Below, piece after piece: positions 12,405-26,789 of a DNA stretch of 64,000 bases. Numbering within the stretch: position 1 is the first letter of the stretch; each line of letters starts with the position of its first letter. The notes under the pieces were generated by a model, which saw only the letters and a program-made list of their open reading frames with translations, ran no database searches and was not told the DNA's origin. Both the position numbers and the translations under genes were made by a program. The stretch is from Eledone cirrhosa (lineage: Eukaryota). The DNA is taken from assembly GCA_964016885.1 (NCBI GenBank), contig OZ024763.1, positions 5,270,001 to 5,334,000 of the forward strand, given 5' to 3'.

Positions 12405-13494
12405 AAATGAGTGGTTTTATTTCATAGAACCAGAACTGGTTTTGACTGGGTTTGTATCTAAAGGGTTAAAATGGGTGGTTTTATTTCATAGAACCAGAAC
12501 TGGTTTTGGCTGGATTTGTAACTAAAGGGTTAAAATGGACGGTTTTATTTCATAGAACCAGAACTGGTTTTGGCTGGATTTGTAACTAAAGGGTTAAAAT
12601 GGGTGGTTTTATTTCATAGAACCAGAACTGGTTTTGGCTGGATTTGTAACTAAAGGGTTAAAATGGGTGGTTTTATTTCATAGAACCAGAACTGGTTTTG
12701 GCTGGATTTGTAACTAAAGGGTTAAAATGGGTGGTTTTATTTCATAGAACCAGAACTGGTTTTGGCTGGATTTGTAACTAAAGGGTTAAAATAGGTGGTT
12801 TTATTTCATAGAACCAGAACTGGTTTTGACTGGGTTTGTATCTAAAGGGTTAAAATAGGTGGTTTTATTTCATAGAACCAGAACTGGTTTTGGCTGGATT
12901 TGTAACTAAAGGGTTAAAATGGGTGGTTTTATTTCATAGAACCAGAACTGGTTTTGGCTGGATTTGTAACTAAAGGGTTAAAATGGGTGGTTTTATTTCA
13001 TAGAACCAGAACTGGTTTTGGCTGGATTTGTAACTAAAGGGTTAAAATAGGTGGTTTTATTTCATAGAACCAGAACTGGTTTTGACTGGGTTTGTATCTA
13101 AAGGGTTAAAATAGGTGGTTTTATTTCATAGAACCAGAACTGGTTTTGGCTGGATTTGTAACTAAAGGGTTAAAATGGGTGGTTTTATTTCATAGAACCA
13201 GAACTGGTTTTGACTGGGTTTGTAACTAAAGGGTTAAAATAGGTGGTTTTATTTCATAGAACCAGAACTGGTTTTGGCTGGATTTGTAACTAAAGGGTTA
13301 AAATGGGTGGTTTTATTTCGTAGAACCAGAACTGGTTTTGGCTGGGTTTGTAACTAAAGGGTTAAAATGGGTGGTTTTATTTCATAGAACCAGAACTGGT
13401 TTTGACTGGGTTTGTATCTAAAGGGTTAAAATGGGTGGTTTTATTTCATAGAACCAGAGCTGGTTTTGGCTGGGATTGGTAACTAAAGGGTTAA
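12405..13494. repeat. 64-bp minisatellite, about 17 copies
   Basis: ggttttatttcatagaaccagaactggttttggctggatttgtaactaaagggttaaaatgggt. Confidence 0.95.
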
Positions 13495-13545
13495 GAATGA
13501 CAAAATGCCTTAATAATCACCCTTGTTGAATTTCTATTCCCCCAG

Positions 13546-13653
13546 GATGTAGTGCAAACGAGTTTACCTGCAGAAATGGGGATTGTGTTCAGAAAGAGGT
13601 TGTCTGTAACGGAGTACCTGACTGTCGTGACAGGTCTGATGAGAGCGACTGTA
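13546..13653 (+). CDS. HSPG2: Perlecan exon, LDLa repeat
   Basis: ccag|...|gtaagt, 108 nt; CSANEFTCRNGDCVQKEVVCNGVPDCRDRSDESDC. Confidence 0.92.
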
Positions 13654-14489
13654 GTAAGTTCATTGTTTCCCAATAATTATACACCACTAGCAGAAAACCA
13701 CCCTTCACGGGTGGTTTTCTGCTAGCATGTGTAGTGTGCATATTGATATTATACGCAAGTATATATACATGTAGATATGATACATCAAATAAAATCGTAA
13801 TTGACAATATCCACAGAAGTTGAATGAAGACTGCGTTACACTGTCTTGTGTAATCAGTAACGTAATCCATGATACATTTAAAAAAAGACGACATTATATA
13901 TAAACTGCATTAGGGAAAAAAATTAGTGACTGAAATAAAAGAATGTTTATTTAAGCGATCGCTAACCGGAAGTGTTGACATTTGAACATTTTAAAGAAGT
14001 GAATCTTTAAATAAACAATAAAATTATTTATATTTAATCAAGAATAACGAAATTTAGTAGATAAATTATGTAATATTCATTCATTATTTATTCAAAGTAA
14101 TCCAACTTATTTTACAAACAGGATAAAAAATATATTCTGGACGCAGTCCCGCACTTCTTACTTTATTATAGTTTGGATTATCTTAATCATTTCTTAGAGC
14201 AGTGGATTGGCATTAATTGGTAGAGCGTCAGACACGATGCTTTGTAGCATAGTGTTACGGCACTTTACCTTCTGAGTTCAAATCCCACCGAGGTTAGCTT
14301 TACCCTTCATCATTATGTGATCCATGAAATAAAGTACCAGTAGTGCACTAGGGTCGATTTAATCGACTTTCCCTTCCCCCAAAATTGCTGGCCTTGTGCC
14401 TATAGTAGACGTCATTATATTAATCTTATCACCCCCACCACCAGCAAAATACCCCCACCATCACTACATTACCATCTTTATATTTCTAG

Positions 14490-14597
14490 GGTGCGGTGCA
14501 GGACAATTTACATGCAGAAATGGCCAGTGTATTCCTCAAGATTCTGTTTGTAATAGAAGACGAGAATGTAGTGATGGTTCAGATGAATACAACTGCA
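14490..14597 (+). CDS. HSPG2: Perlecan exon, LDLa repeat
   Basis: ctag|...|gtgagt, 108 nt; CGAGQFTCRNGQCIPQDSVCNRRRECSDGSDEYNC. Confidence 0.92.
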
Positions 14598-14611
14598 GTG
14601 AGTTATCTCCC

Positions 14612-14667
<56 letters not shown>

Positions 14668-14771
14668 CAGGATGTCCGCCCAGAAAAATGTATACACACT
14701 TTAAAATCATCCTAATAAATATTGCCTGTATAGATAATCAAAGTATGTAGACATTTTTGGGGGACACCCTG
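14668..14771. mobile_element. Tc1/mariner-like MITE (second copy 40643-40741)
   Basis: cagg.tgtcc..aaaaatgtatacacacttt / aaagtatgtagacattttt..ggacaccctg-TA. Confidence 0.55.
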
Positions 14772-14813
14772 TATATAGATATGTATATAATATATATATA
14801 TACATATATTATA

Positions 14814-14855
<42 letters not shown>

Positions 14856-14872
14856 TTATATATATGTATATA

Positions 14873-14905
<33 letters not shown>

Positions 14906-14995
14906 TTATTATATATATGTGTGTGTATATATATATAGACTTTTATTATATATATGTGTATATATATATATACATATATATATATATTTATTATA

Positions 14996-15031
<36 letters not shown>

Positions 15032-15228
15032 CATTTATTATATATATGTGTATATATATATATACATATATATATATACATTTATTATATATATGTGTGT
15101 ATATATATATATATATATACATTTATTATATATATGTGTATATATATATATATGCATATATATATATACATTTATTATATATATGTGTATATATATATAT
15201 ATGCATATATATATATACATTTATTATA

Positions 15229-15271
<43 letters not shown>

Positions 15272-15275
15272 TATA

Positions 15276-15310
<35 letters not shown>

Positions 15311-15547
15311 TTATTATATATATGTGTGTGTATATATATATATATATATACATTTATTATATATATGTGTATATATATATATATACATATATATATATAC
15401 ATTTATTATATATATGTCTATATATATATATACATATATATATATATACATTTATTATATATATGTGTATATATATATATACATATATATATATACATTT
15501 ATTATATATATGTGTGTATATATATATATATATATACATTTATTATA

Positions 15548-15593
<46 letters not shown>

Positions 15594-15799
15594 TATAAAA
15601 CCAAGGTTATCAAATAGAATCCATTTCTTAATATATCTGTGTTTCAATACAGTTGACAATGTTACATGCATATGTTAAACAATAAGTTAATAAGAAATGT
15701 CTAACTAATAATCATTAACACAAAACATGATACATATAACATCTTCACACCATCAGATACTGTTACATCACACCACAAATATTTCACACTAATATTTAC

Positions 15800-17806
15800 A
15801 TCTTCTTCGCCTACTTTTTCCTGGGAGGGTCATGGAGCAGTGTCCTCAAACACTCTCTTCCAGTGGGTTCTGTCAGAAGAAGCAACCATTTCCAACTTAT
15901 CCAGCTGGATCCCCCAAGTGAGAGTAGCTGAGCTCATGGATGTTATCCAGCCCTCTAACTCGGGGTCTTTCCCTGGGTCTCCTGCTGGTTGGTTTTGCCT
16001 GTAAAATCTGTCCAGTGATTCTTTCCTGAGACATTCTAACCACATGTCCGTAGTATCAGAGCTGTGATCACTCAATTCAGAGAAGTAGCAGCTCTACCTG
16101 GAGTGACTCTCTGATCTCCAAGCTACAAACCTGTCCAGTGATTCTTTCCTGAGACATTCTAACCACATGTCCATAGTATCAGAGCTGTCATCACTCAATT
16201 CAGAGAAGTAGCAGCTCTACCTGGAGTGACTCTCTGATCTCCATGCTACAAATCTGTCCAGTGATTCTTTCCTGAGACATTCTAACCACATGTCCATAGT
16301 ATCAGAGCTGTGATCACTCAATTCAGAGAAGTAGCAGCTCTACCTGGAGTGACTCTCTGATCTCCAAGCTACAAATCTGTCCAGTGATTCTTTCCTGAGA
16401 CATTCTAACCACATGTCCATAGTATCAGAGCTGTGATCTCTCAATTCAGAGAAGTAGCAGCTCTACCTGGAGTGACTCTCTGATCTCCAAGCTACAAATC
16501 TGTCCAGTGATTCTTTCTTGAGACATTCTAACCACATGTCCATAGTATCAGAGCTGTGATCACTCAATTCAGAGAAGTAGCAGCTCTACCTGGAGTGACT
16601 ATCTGATCTCCAAGCTACAAATCTGTCCAGTGATTCTTTCCTGAGACATTCTAACCACATGTCCATAGTATCAGAGCTGTGATCACTCAATTCAGAGAAG
16701 TAGCAGCTCTACCTGGAGTGACTCTCTGATCTCCACGCTACAAATCTGTCCAGTGATTCTTTCCTGAGACATTCTAACCACATGTCCATAGTATCAGAGC
16801 TGTGATCACTCAATTCAGAGAAGTAGCAGCTCTACCTGGAGTGACTCTCTGATCTCCACGCTACAAATCTGTCCAGTGATTCTTTCCTGAGACATTCTAA
16901 CCACATGTCCATAGTATCAGAGCTGTGATCACTCAATTCAGAGAAGTAGCAGCTCTACCTGGAGTGACTATCTGATCTCCAAGCTACAAATCTGTCCAGT
17001 GATTCTTTCCTGAGACATTCTAACCACATGTCCATAGTATCAGAGCTGTGATCACTCAATTCAGAGAAGTAGCAGCTCTACCTGGAGTGACTCTCTGATC
17101 TCCAAGCTACAAATCTGTCCAGTGATTCTTTCCTGAGACATTCTAACCACATGTCCATAGTATCAGAGCTGTGATCACTCAATTCAGAGAAGTAGCAGCT
17201 CTACCTGGAGTGACTCTCTGATCTCCACGCTACAAATCTGTCCAGTGATTCTTTCCTGAGACATTCTAACCACATGTCCATAGTATCAGAGCTGTGATCA
17301 CTCAATTCAGAGAAGTAGCAGCTCTACCTGGAGTGACTCTCTGATCTCCACGCTACAAATCTGTCCAGTGATTCTTTCCTGAGACATTCTAACCACATGT
17401 CCATAGTATCAGAGCTGTGATCACTCAATTCAGAGAAGTAGCAGCTCTACCTGGAGTGACTCTCTGATCTCCAAGCTACAAATCTGTCCAGTGATTCTTT
17501 CCTGAGACATTCTAACCACATGTCCATAGTATCAGAGCTGTGATCACTCAATTCAGAGAAGTAGCAGCTCTACCTGGAGTGACTATCTGATCTCCAAGCT
17601 ACAAATCTGTCCAGTGATTCTTTCCTGAGACATTCTAACCACATGTCCATAGTATCAGAGCTGTGATCACTCAATTCAGAGAAGTAGCAGCTCTACCTGG
17701 AGTGACTCTCTGATCTCCAAGCTTCAAATCTGTCCAGTGATTCTTTCCTGAGACATTCTAACCACATGTCCATAGTATCAGAGAAGTAGCAGCTCTACTT
17801 GGAGTG
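15800..17806 (-). repeat. Same 123-bp LINE-derived array in opposite orientation, about 14 copies, with LINE 3' end
   Basis: Reverse complement of the 2140-3530 unit; 15830-16010 continues QILQAKPTSRRP..R..R.WLDNIHEL. Confidence 0.85.
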
Positions 17807-18834
17807 TAATATTTACACACTGCATAATATGTTTTATAGATACATTGCAAACATTTCACTATAATATTTAGAGATTACATAATAAAGTTTATACAGTTAC
17901 ACTACACACATTTCATTATATGCGTACTTTACGCATTAAACTCAAACCTTTAGCATTTACATTCCTCTATATATACTATTGTATTTCCACAGTAAAGGTT
18001 TTACCTCACATAATATCTCGCATAACATTTACATTACTCAATATATACTATTGTATTTTCACAGTAAAGGCTTTACCTCACATAATATCTCACATAACAT
18101 TTACATTCCTCTATATATACTATTGTATTTTCATGGTAAATGCTTTACTTCGCATCTAGTATCAAATCTATGAGATTTTGATATCATTTATTTTGAGAAC
18201 AATACCTTAACACCTTAACATCAGTATGAGCAACCAGTTACAGCTGGTTTAAATATAAAAAGGTGAGAGAATTCTGACTGGATATGGCCAGTTTAAATGT
18301 TAAAGGGTTAAAACTGTTACATCACATCACACCACACCACACCACACCACAAACATTAGTATGTAAATGTTACACAACAAATTTCATTCAACAGTTACAG
18401 CACAAACACTTTCATGTAAATGTTATGTAATAACCTATATACAGTTGTACCACACACATTACATGTTGTTGTTGTTGGGTCTGTCAGTTGTCATGGTGTG
18501 TGTTGTAGTTGTTCAATCAATAGAGCAGCCCAGTAATGAAATTAACATGCAAGTGGCTGAGCATTCTACAGGCACAAGTATGGACCTTTGACATTAATCT
18601 CAGGGAGATTCAGCATGACACAGTATGTGACAAGACTGGTCATTTATTATATTATATGAAACCTTATAAAGCTAATGTCTATACTTACATCACAGACATT
18701 TGATATGATATGTAAATTTATGTAAATAATGTTTGTAGTTCATCGTTACACCACAAACATTACACTGCTTGCCATCACTGTGTTTGCTACACATGTCTTT
18801 GAATACACATCACTCTTTATTTTCTGATTTCTTG

Positions 18835-19700
18835 AGCACATTTCACAATATTCAGTTACCTACACACATTTCACTATATTTAATTATTTGAGCACATTTC
18901 ACGATGTTCAGTTATTTACACCCATTTCACGTTGTTCAGTTATTTACACACATTTCACATTGTTCAGTTATTTACACACATTTCACAATATTCAGTCAGT
19001 TACACACATTTCACAATATTCAGTTATTTACACACATTTCACATTGTTCAGTTACACACATTTCACAATGTTTTGTTATTTAATTACATTTTACTATTCT
19101 ACTACTCACATTTCACAATGTTCTGTTATCTATATTTAACCTTATTTCACAATGTTCAGTTAATTTATTGCATTTTATATTGTTCTCTAACTCACATTTC
19201 ACAATCTTCTCTGTTACTATATTTTGTTACCTACGAATATTTCACAATATTTTGTTACTTACACACATTACACTATCTTCTCTAACCTAATCATATTTCA
19301 CATTCTTCTCTAGCCTGACTACATTTCATTCTTTTCGCTTACCTACTCACATTTCACTCTTTCTCTTCCTTGATCACATTTCACAATTTTCTATTCCAGA
19401 AAAAAGTTTCACCGTTTCATTTCACTCACTTGCTCACATTTCACACTGTTCTGTTCCTTGCTCACATTTCACAGTCTCCACTCACTTAAGCACATATCAC
19501 AATGCTATATTATTCATATTTCACAATATTCTGTTCCTTCTTCACATTTCACAGTTTCCTTTCACTTATTCACATTTTTCACACTGTTCTACTCTTCACT
19601 CACATTTCACCATTTCCATTCACTTGCTCACATTTCACTGTTTCTCTTACCTAATTCACATTTCACAATGTTTCTTTTACTTGGTCACATTTCACAAATT
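18835..19700. repeat. Degenerate tandem repeat of about 30 bp
   Basis: Recurring cacatttcac motif. Confidence 0.7.
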
Positions 19701-20294
19701 TCCAACTTTCTCTCTTTCTATCTTTCTTCCACATCTAACCTTTCACCTTTCATTCCTAATTCTTTCTCTTTAATCTCTAAATCTCTCTTAATTTGCATCA
19801 ACTAAACCCGCATCACAGTTAATTTCGAGATTAACACAATCATGTCTCTTTTTCATATTTTTATCTCCGTAAACTGGAGAATGCACCCCTGTTTGTTTGT
19901 TTTCTCTTCTGATTCCCCCCTCTTCACTTCACTCCTTCACCTTTCTTTCTCTTCACCCCCCCCCCTCTACCTACCTACTCTCCTCCACAACCATCTGAAA
20001 CAAACCTTCTTCTGCACACCCAAAAATCAATCACTTGCTTCACAACAAGGGTATTTTTATCTCCATAAAGTGGAGAGTGCACCCCTGTTTCCGTTTTCTC
20101 TCTTCTGATTCCCCCACCTCTCTTTTATCTCTCTTTCCACCTCTCTTTTATCTCTCTTTCCACCTCTCTTTCTTTAATATCACCCCCCCCCCCCCCCCAC
20201 CTCTCTTTTTCTTCCCACCTCTCTTTCTTTAAGACCCTCTTACCTCCCCCCCCCCACCTCCTAACTCATCCCACAAATGCCATACTCACCCTAC

Positions 20295-20920
20295 TCACCC
20301 CCAGAAACTCACAACCCACAATCGAGGGCATTTCTTAAACTCAACCCCAGAAACCCACAACCCACAATCAAGAGCATTTCTTAAACTCAACCCTAGAAAC
20401 CCACAACCCACAATCAAGGGCATTTCTTAAACTCACCCCCCAGAAACCCATAACCCACAATCAAGGTCACTTCTTAAACTCAACCCCAGAAACCCACAAC
20501 CCACAATCGAGGGCATTTCTTAAACTCACCCCCAGAAACCCATAACCCACAATCAAGAGCATTTCTTAAAGTCACCCCCAGAAACCCACAACCAAGAGCA
20601 TTTCTTAAACTCAACACTAGAAACCCACAACCCACAATCAAGGGCATTTCTTAAACTCACCCCCCAGAAACCCATAACCCACAATCAAGGTCACTTCTTA
20701 AACTCAACCCCAGAAACCCACAACCCACAATCGAGGGCATTTCTTAAACTCACCCCCAGAAACCCATAACCCACAATCAAGAGCATTTCTTAAACTCACC
20801 CCAGAAACCCACAACCAAGAGCATTTCTTAAACTCAACACTAGAAACCCACAACCCACAATCAAGGTCACTTCTTAAACTCCCCCCCAGAAGGCCATAAC
20901 CCACAATCAAGGGCATTTCT
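20295..20920. repeat. 46-47-bp minisatellite, about 13 copies
   Basis: ccccagaaacccacaacccacaatcaagggcatttcttaaactca. Confidence 0.9.
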
Positions 20921-21015
20921 TCTCTCCAACAACTTTTCTTTAGTTCAAAAATCTTTCTTTTTAATATTCTTTTTTTCTTCAAGCATGACAAAGTTAACGA
21001 TTCTTTGACTTTCAG

Positions 21016-21135
21016 CTGTGACACGCACATGTCCTGGAGATGACTTTCCGTGCGGAACTGGTCACTGTCTCCCAAAGAATAGAGTCTGTGATCGGCGGGA
21101 AGACTGTCCCGATGGTTCTGACGAAGTTGATTGTA
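21016..21135 (+). CDS. HSPG2: Perlecan exon, LDLa repeat
   Basis: tcag|...|gtaagt, 120 nt; [39 protein letters not shown]. Confidence 0.92.
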
Positions 21136-21277
21136 GTAAGTAATTATGTCAACAGATCTGATAAAACAAAAACTACTCCTCAGAGCGATAAAGTAAAGCG
21201 CAGAATGTAGACTTGACCTGCTTCAGAACAACAAATATATGTGTGTGTGTGTGTGTGTATATATATATGTATGTATA

Positions 21278-21380
<103 letters not shown>

Positions 21381-21507
21381 GTGTATATATATATGTATAT
21401 ATGTGTATATATATGTGTATATATATATATGTGTATATATATATATGTGTGTATATATATTTATGTATGTATATATATATGTATATATATATATGTGTAT
21501 ATATATT

Positions 21508-21542
<35 letters not shown>

Positions 21543-21601
21543 GTATATGTATATATATGTATATGTATATATATGTATATATATATATATGTATATATAT
21601 G

Positions 21602-21654
<53 letters not shown>

Positions 21655-21666
21655 GTGTATATATAT

Positions 21667-21777
<111 letters not shown>

Positions 21778-21985
21778 TATATGTATATATATATGTGTAT
21801 ATGTGTATATATATATATATACATATATGTATATATATATGTGTATATATATATATGTGTATATATATATATGTGTATATATATATATGTGTATATATAT
21901 GTATATGTGTATATATATGTATATGTATATATATATATATTTATATGTGTATATATATTTATATGTGTATATATATTTATATGTG

Positions 21986-22017
<32 letters not shown>

Positions 22018-22318
22018 CATATATGTATATATATATATGTATATATATACACACACACACATATTTACATATATATATTTACATATATATGGATATATAT
22101 ATTTACATAATGCATTCCAAATTCTTTTTTTTTTTTTTTTGCCTCTGTTTGCATCTTGCTTTTGCATGCTTGTATGCTTCTATTTTCACCCACACAAATT
22201 TCCTATTTCAAGAACTACAATCAAATATTTATTTGTTTATTTATTTATGTAATTATTTATATATTTATTTATATATTTATTTATTTAAAGGATTGTGGCG
22301 AATTTGATGCAGATGTTT

Positions 22319-22401
<83 letters not shown>

Positions 22402-22429
22402 TTATTTACATAATTAACAACACAATATA

Positions 22430-22503
22430 ATTATTTCATTACCGAAGGTTTCAAGAAACTAGATTGCAAGGAATATCCAGTTTATTCATCAGACAAAATG
22501 ATT
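22430..22503 (-). ncRNA. Type I hammerhead ribozyme motif
   Basis: Minus strand: AUCAUUUUGU CUGAUGA AUAAACUGGAU..AUCUAGUUUCUU GAAAC CUUCG GUA AUGAAAUAAU. Confidence 0.7.
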
Positions 22504-22525
22504 ATATATATATATATATATATAT

Positions 22526-22571
22526 CTGATGATTTCTAAAGAATGAAACAGTTCTAGTCCTGTAGAATCTC
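22526..22571 (+). ncRNA. Hammerhead motif truncated at stem I
   Basis: CUGAUGA UUUC UAAA GAAU GAAACAG UUCUAGUC CUGUA GAAUCUC directly after (TA)n; same family as 46844-46946. Confidence 0.55.
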
Positions 22572-23584
22572 ATCTATATTAAAACTTTTATACTCTGCAA
22601 TGAATTGAGTACCTTACTTACTGTGGTTACCTCCGATTCAACCCGGAATAACGTATATATATATATATACGTAGGTCCCGGGTTGAGTCGGGCATAACCA
22701 CAGTAAGTAAGGTACTCAATACATGGCAGAGTAAAATTTTTTTATTTTATTATTTTTATTTTATAGAAGGAGCTCCTTCTATAAAATAAAAAACTATATA
22801 TATATATATATATATTCCACTTTGTCAATTTCGTTGTCTATATGTATGATTTTTTAAGTAGTTGGTTTCAATTTAATTTGATTGAAAAAGTTAAATATAA
22901 GCAATCCTAGACTTATATATAACACATACGATGAAACACATGTCTGTATTATACAATAAATGTTACTCCCAGGCTAGCATAGATTTGACGGGTCCCACTT
23001 AGAGGCAAGTTGGGTCGGGTGACCGTGTCTCACTCAAAAGGGTTGTTTCTGGCTGGTTTTCTACAACTAGATGCCCTTCCTAATGCCAACCACATTGACC
23101 GTGTGTGCTGGGTGCTTTTTGCTGTGTCTTTTACATGTCTACTTTACCATGGATTGTAACCTATGTTACTGTTGGTTCATCAACTTGAGCACTCGATACA
23201 TAGGTGGGGGTTTGTTTTAGTATAGTACGTATTGTTTTACTGTGGTTGGTCCTTTATAAGTAGAGTTTAATATGAACAATATGTAGAAACGAGGTGTGAA
23301 AGTATCATTATTAAGAGGGCGGTGGATTGGCAGTATCGGTAGAGGGTTTGACGCCATGCTTTCCAGCATAGTTACGTCCCTTTACGATCTGAGTTCAAAT
23401 CCCGCCGAGGTTGACTTTGCCTTTCATCCTTACGGCGTCGATAAAATAAAGTACCAGTAATGCACTGGGTAATTGCTGGCCTTGTGCCTAAAGTAGAAAC
23501 AATTATTAAGTATTTGGCAGTATCGGTAGAGGGTCGGATGCCATGCTTTGATGTATGGAGGTACGGCCCTTGCCATTCTGAGTT

Positions 23585-24320
23585 CAAATCGCGCCGAGGT
23601 ATATTTGCCTTTCATCCTTATGGGGGGTCGATAAAATAAAGTACCAGTAATACACTGGGGTAGATTTAATCGACTCTCCCCCTCTCCCAAAATTGCTGGC
23701 CTTGTGCCTATATAAAGAAACCATTATTATTATTATTATTTGCAAATCCCGCCGAGGTTAACTTTGCCTTTCATCCTTACGGGGTCGATAAAATAAAGTA
23801 CCAGTAATACACTGGGGTAGATTTAATCGACTCTCCCCCTCTCCCAAAATTGCTGGCCTTGTGCCTATATAAAGAAACCATTATTATTATTATTATTTGC
23901 AAATCCCGCCGAGGTTAACTTTGCCTTTCATCCTTACGGGGTCGATAAAATAAAGTACCAGTAATACACTGGGGTAGATTTAATCGACTCTCCCCCTCTC
24001 CCAAAATTGCTGGCCTTGTGCCTATATAAAGAAACCATTATTATTATTATTATTTGCAAATCCCGCCGAGGTTAACTTTGCCTTTCATCCTTACGGGGTC
24101 GATAAAATAAAGTACCAGTAATACACTGGGGTAGATTTAATCGACTCTCCCCCTCTCCCAAAATTGCTGGCCTTGTGCCTATATAAAGAAACCATTATTA
24201 TTATTATTATTTGCAAATCCCGCCGAGGTTAACTTTGCCTTTCATCCTTACGGGGTCGATAAAATAAAGTACCAGTAATGCACTGGATAATTGCTGGCCT
24301 TGTGCCTAAAGTAGAAACAA
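23585..24320. repeat. 157-bp tandem amplification of a SINE 3' half
   Basis: tgcaaatcccgccgagg at 23741, 23898, 24055, 24212. Confidence 0.9.
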
Positions 24321-24340
24321 TTATTATTATTATTATCATC

Positions 24341-24371
<31 letters not shown>

Positions 24372-25096
24372 ATATTTAGGGCAGTGGATTAGCAGTAGAA
24401 TTGGTAGAGCATCAGACACCATGTTTTGCAGTATAGAGTTACATGCCTTTACGTTCTGAGTTCAAAGCACGTCAAGGTTAGCTTTGCCTTTCATCCTTAC
24501 GGGGGTTGATAAAATATAGTACCAGTAATGTACTGGGGTTGATTTAATCGACTTTACCTTCCTCTCCGAAAGCAATTGCTGGCCTTGTGCCAAAATCAGA
24601 AACCATTATTATTATTATTAGTAGTAGCAGTAGTATTATTAGTTGCTGCTGTTGTTAGTAGTAGTAGTTGTTGTTGTTGTTGCTGTTGTAGTTGCTGTTG
24701 TAGTTGTTGTAGTTGACCTAAACTGCTATATTTTACTTCTTTTAATGTATTTGTTGTGAAATCTTGAACTGACAAGATGTGTGTGTGTGTGTGTGTACAA
24801 GTGGGGGGGGTGTACAAGTGTGTGTGTGTGTGTACAAGTGGGTGTGTGTGTGTGTACAAGTGGCTGTGTGTGTACAAGTGGGTGTGTGTGTGTACAAGTG
24901 TGTGTGTGTGTGTGTGTGTGTGTACAAGTGTGTGTGTGTGTGTGTGTGTGCAAGTGGGTGTGTGCATGAGAGTGCATTATATGTGTGCATACGTATTTAA
25001 ATGTTTGTCTATCAGTACATATTTATATGCGTTTGTATATGGGTGTATATATATATATATATATATGTATGTATTTGTGTGTGTATTTGTATATGG

Positions 25097-25134
<38 letters not shown>

Positions 25135-25380
25135 TTGTGTGTGTATTTGTATATGGGTGTATATATATATATATGTATGTATTTGTGTGTGTATTTGTAT
25201 ATGGGTGTATATATATATATGTATTTATATGTATTTGTGTGTGTATTTGTATATGGGTGTATATATATGTATGTGTGTGTATGTATATAGGTGTATATGC
25301 ATGCATGTATGTGTGTGTTTGTATATCATCATAATCATTTAACATTCGCTTGCATAGGTAGGCAAATCATCTATGCCTTG

Positions 25381-25414
<34 letters not shown>

Positions 25415-25490
25415 GTATATATATGAAGTGTTTCCATAGGAAAGGTAAAGGAAAGGAGAGTGCTCTATGTAGACTACAGAGCTTTTTTTA

Positions 25491-25672
25491 GTTATGTAAT
25501 AAACAACATAAGACAATTATTCCATTTACCAAAGGTTTCACGAAGACAGACGAGCCTGACACAGAAGCCTGAAATCACTGACGAGCGATTTCAGACGTCT
25601 GTGTCAGGCTTTTCTGTCTTCATGAAACCTTTGGTAAATGGAATAACTATCTTATGTTGTTTATTACATAAC
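25491..25672. mobile_element. Inverted-repeat insert with 3' half of a hammerhead, abutting (TA)n
   Basis: gttatgtaataaacaacataaga..taccaaaggtttca / tgaaacctttggta..tcttatgttgtttattacataac; related to 22410-22503 and 52918-52982. Confidence 0.55.
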
Positions 25673-25691
25673 ATATATATATATATATCTA

Positions 25692-25741
<50 letters not shown>

Positions 25742-25759
25742 ATGCTTATCCTTTCCTAG

Positions 25760-25876
25760 ATTTTGCCACCTGTTCCCCTAACCAGTTCACGTGTACCAAT
25801 GGTCAGTGTATAAATATGGCTACACGCTGTAACAACAAATATGACTGCCGAGATGGAAGTGATGAATTCAATTGCA
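25760..25876 (+). CDS. HSPG2: Perlecan exon, LDLa repeat
   Basis: ctag|...|gtatgt, 117 nt; [38 protein letters not shown]. Confidence 0.92.
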
Positions 25877-26672
25877 GTATGTATAAATCCCATTTTCTTA
25901 CAATATTCCTCCAAACCATCACCAGGGTTACCTCTAAGCTAAGTAAGCTATAGCTTAGGGCCACACATCTCAATTTTTCAAAATCTGTTTTTATTTTGTC
26001 ATTAGTTTTTATTCTTTAAGATAATAAATACACAATTCTCTATATATACTATTGTATTTTCCCAGTAAAGGTTTTATCTCACAGAATATCTAATCTATGG
26101 ATTGGCAGTATTGGTAGAGGGTCGGACGCCATGCTTTGCAGCATAGAGTTATGCCCCTTTATGATCCGAGTTCAAATCCTGCAGAGGTTGACTTTGCTTT
26201 TCATCCTTACAGGGTCGATAAAATAAAGTATCAGTAATACACTGAGACAACTGTTGGCCTTGTGCCAAAAGTAGAAACAATTATTTATTTTGAGAACAAT
26301 ACCTTAACATCAGTATGAGTTGCCAGTTACAGCCAGCTTGAACATAAAGAGGTGAGAGAATTCTGGCCAGATTCAGCTGGTTTAAATGCTAAAGGATTAA
26401 TAGTGAAATAATTAATTATTTTAGCAAAACCCTTTAAATTCTTCTTTAATTAATTAAAATACTGTGTATTTCATTAAGGAAAGAGTTAATTACTAATTTT
26501 TAACTTTGGCTCACGAACCCCATAGCAGGGCGTAACTAGGGTAGTGCACCCATGGCCCATGTCGGGGTGCCACTAAGGACTAAGAGGAGCACTTTCTATT
26601 AACCCTTGAAATGCTAAAGGGTTAAATTATATTGTATATCGATATTAATGAAAACTTATTCAATATTTGCAG

Positions 26673-26789
26673 CTTCAAGGAGATGTTCAATAAACGAGTT
26701 CCGATGTAACGATGGAAGTTGTATCGCCGTTTCAAGACGCTGCGACAGGCGCAACGATTGTTCCGATGCAAGTGATGAAAGAGGCTGCA
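26673..26789 (+). CDS. HSPG2: Perlecan exon, LDLa repeat
   Basis: gcag|...|gttagt, 117 nt; [38 protein letters not shown]. Confidence 0.92.

Noticed and set aside
14757-15678. Long YI-rich ORFs here and at 3929-4247, 21213-22307, 57760-58367 and 59545-60309
   Set aside because: Translations of (TA)n-type microsatellites with no coding signal
19859-20116. Duplicated motif ttttatctcc.taaa.tggaga.tgcacccctgttt as candidate microexons
   Set aside because: Candidate AG/GT pairs give 11 or 16 nt, which break the frame; probably a local duplication
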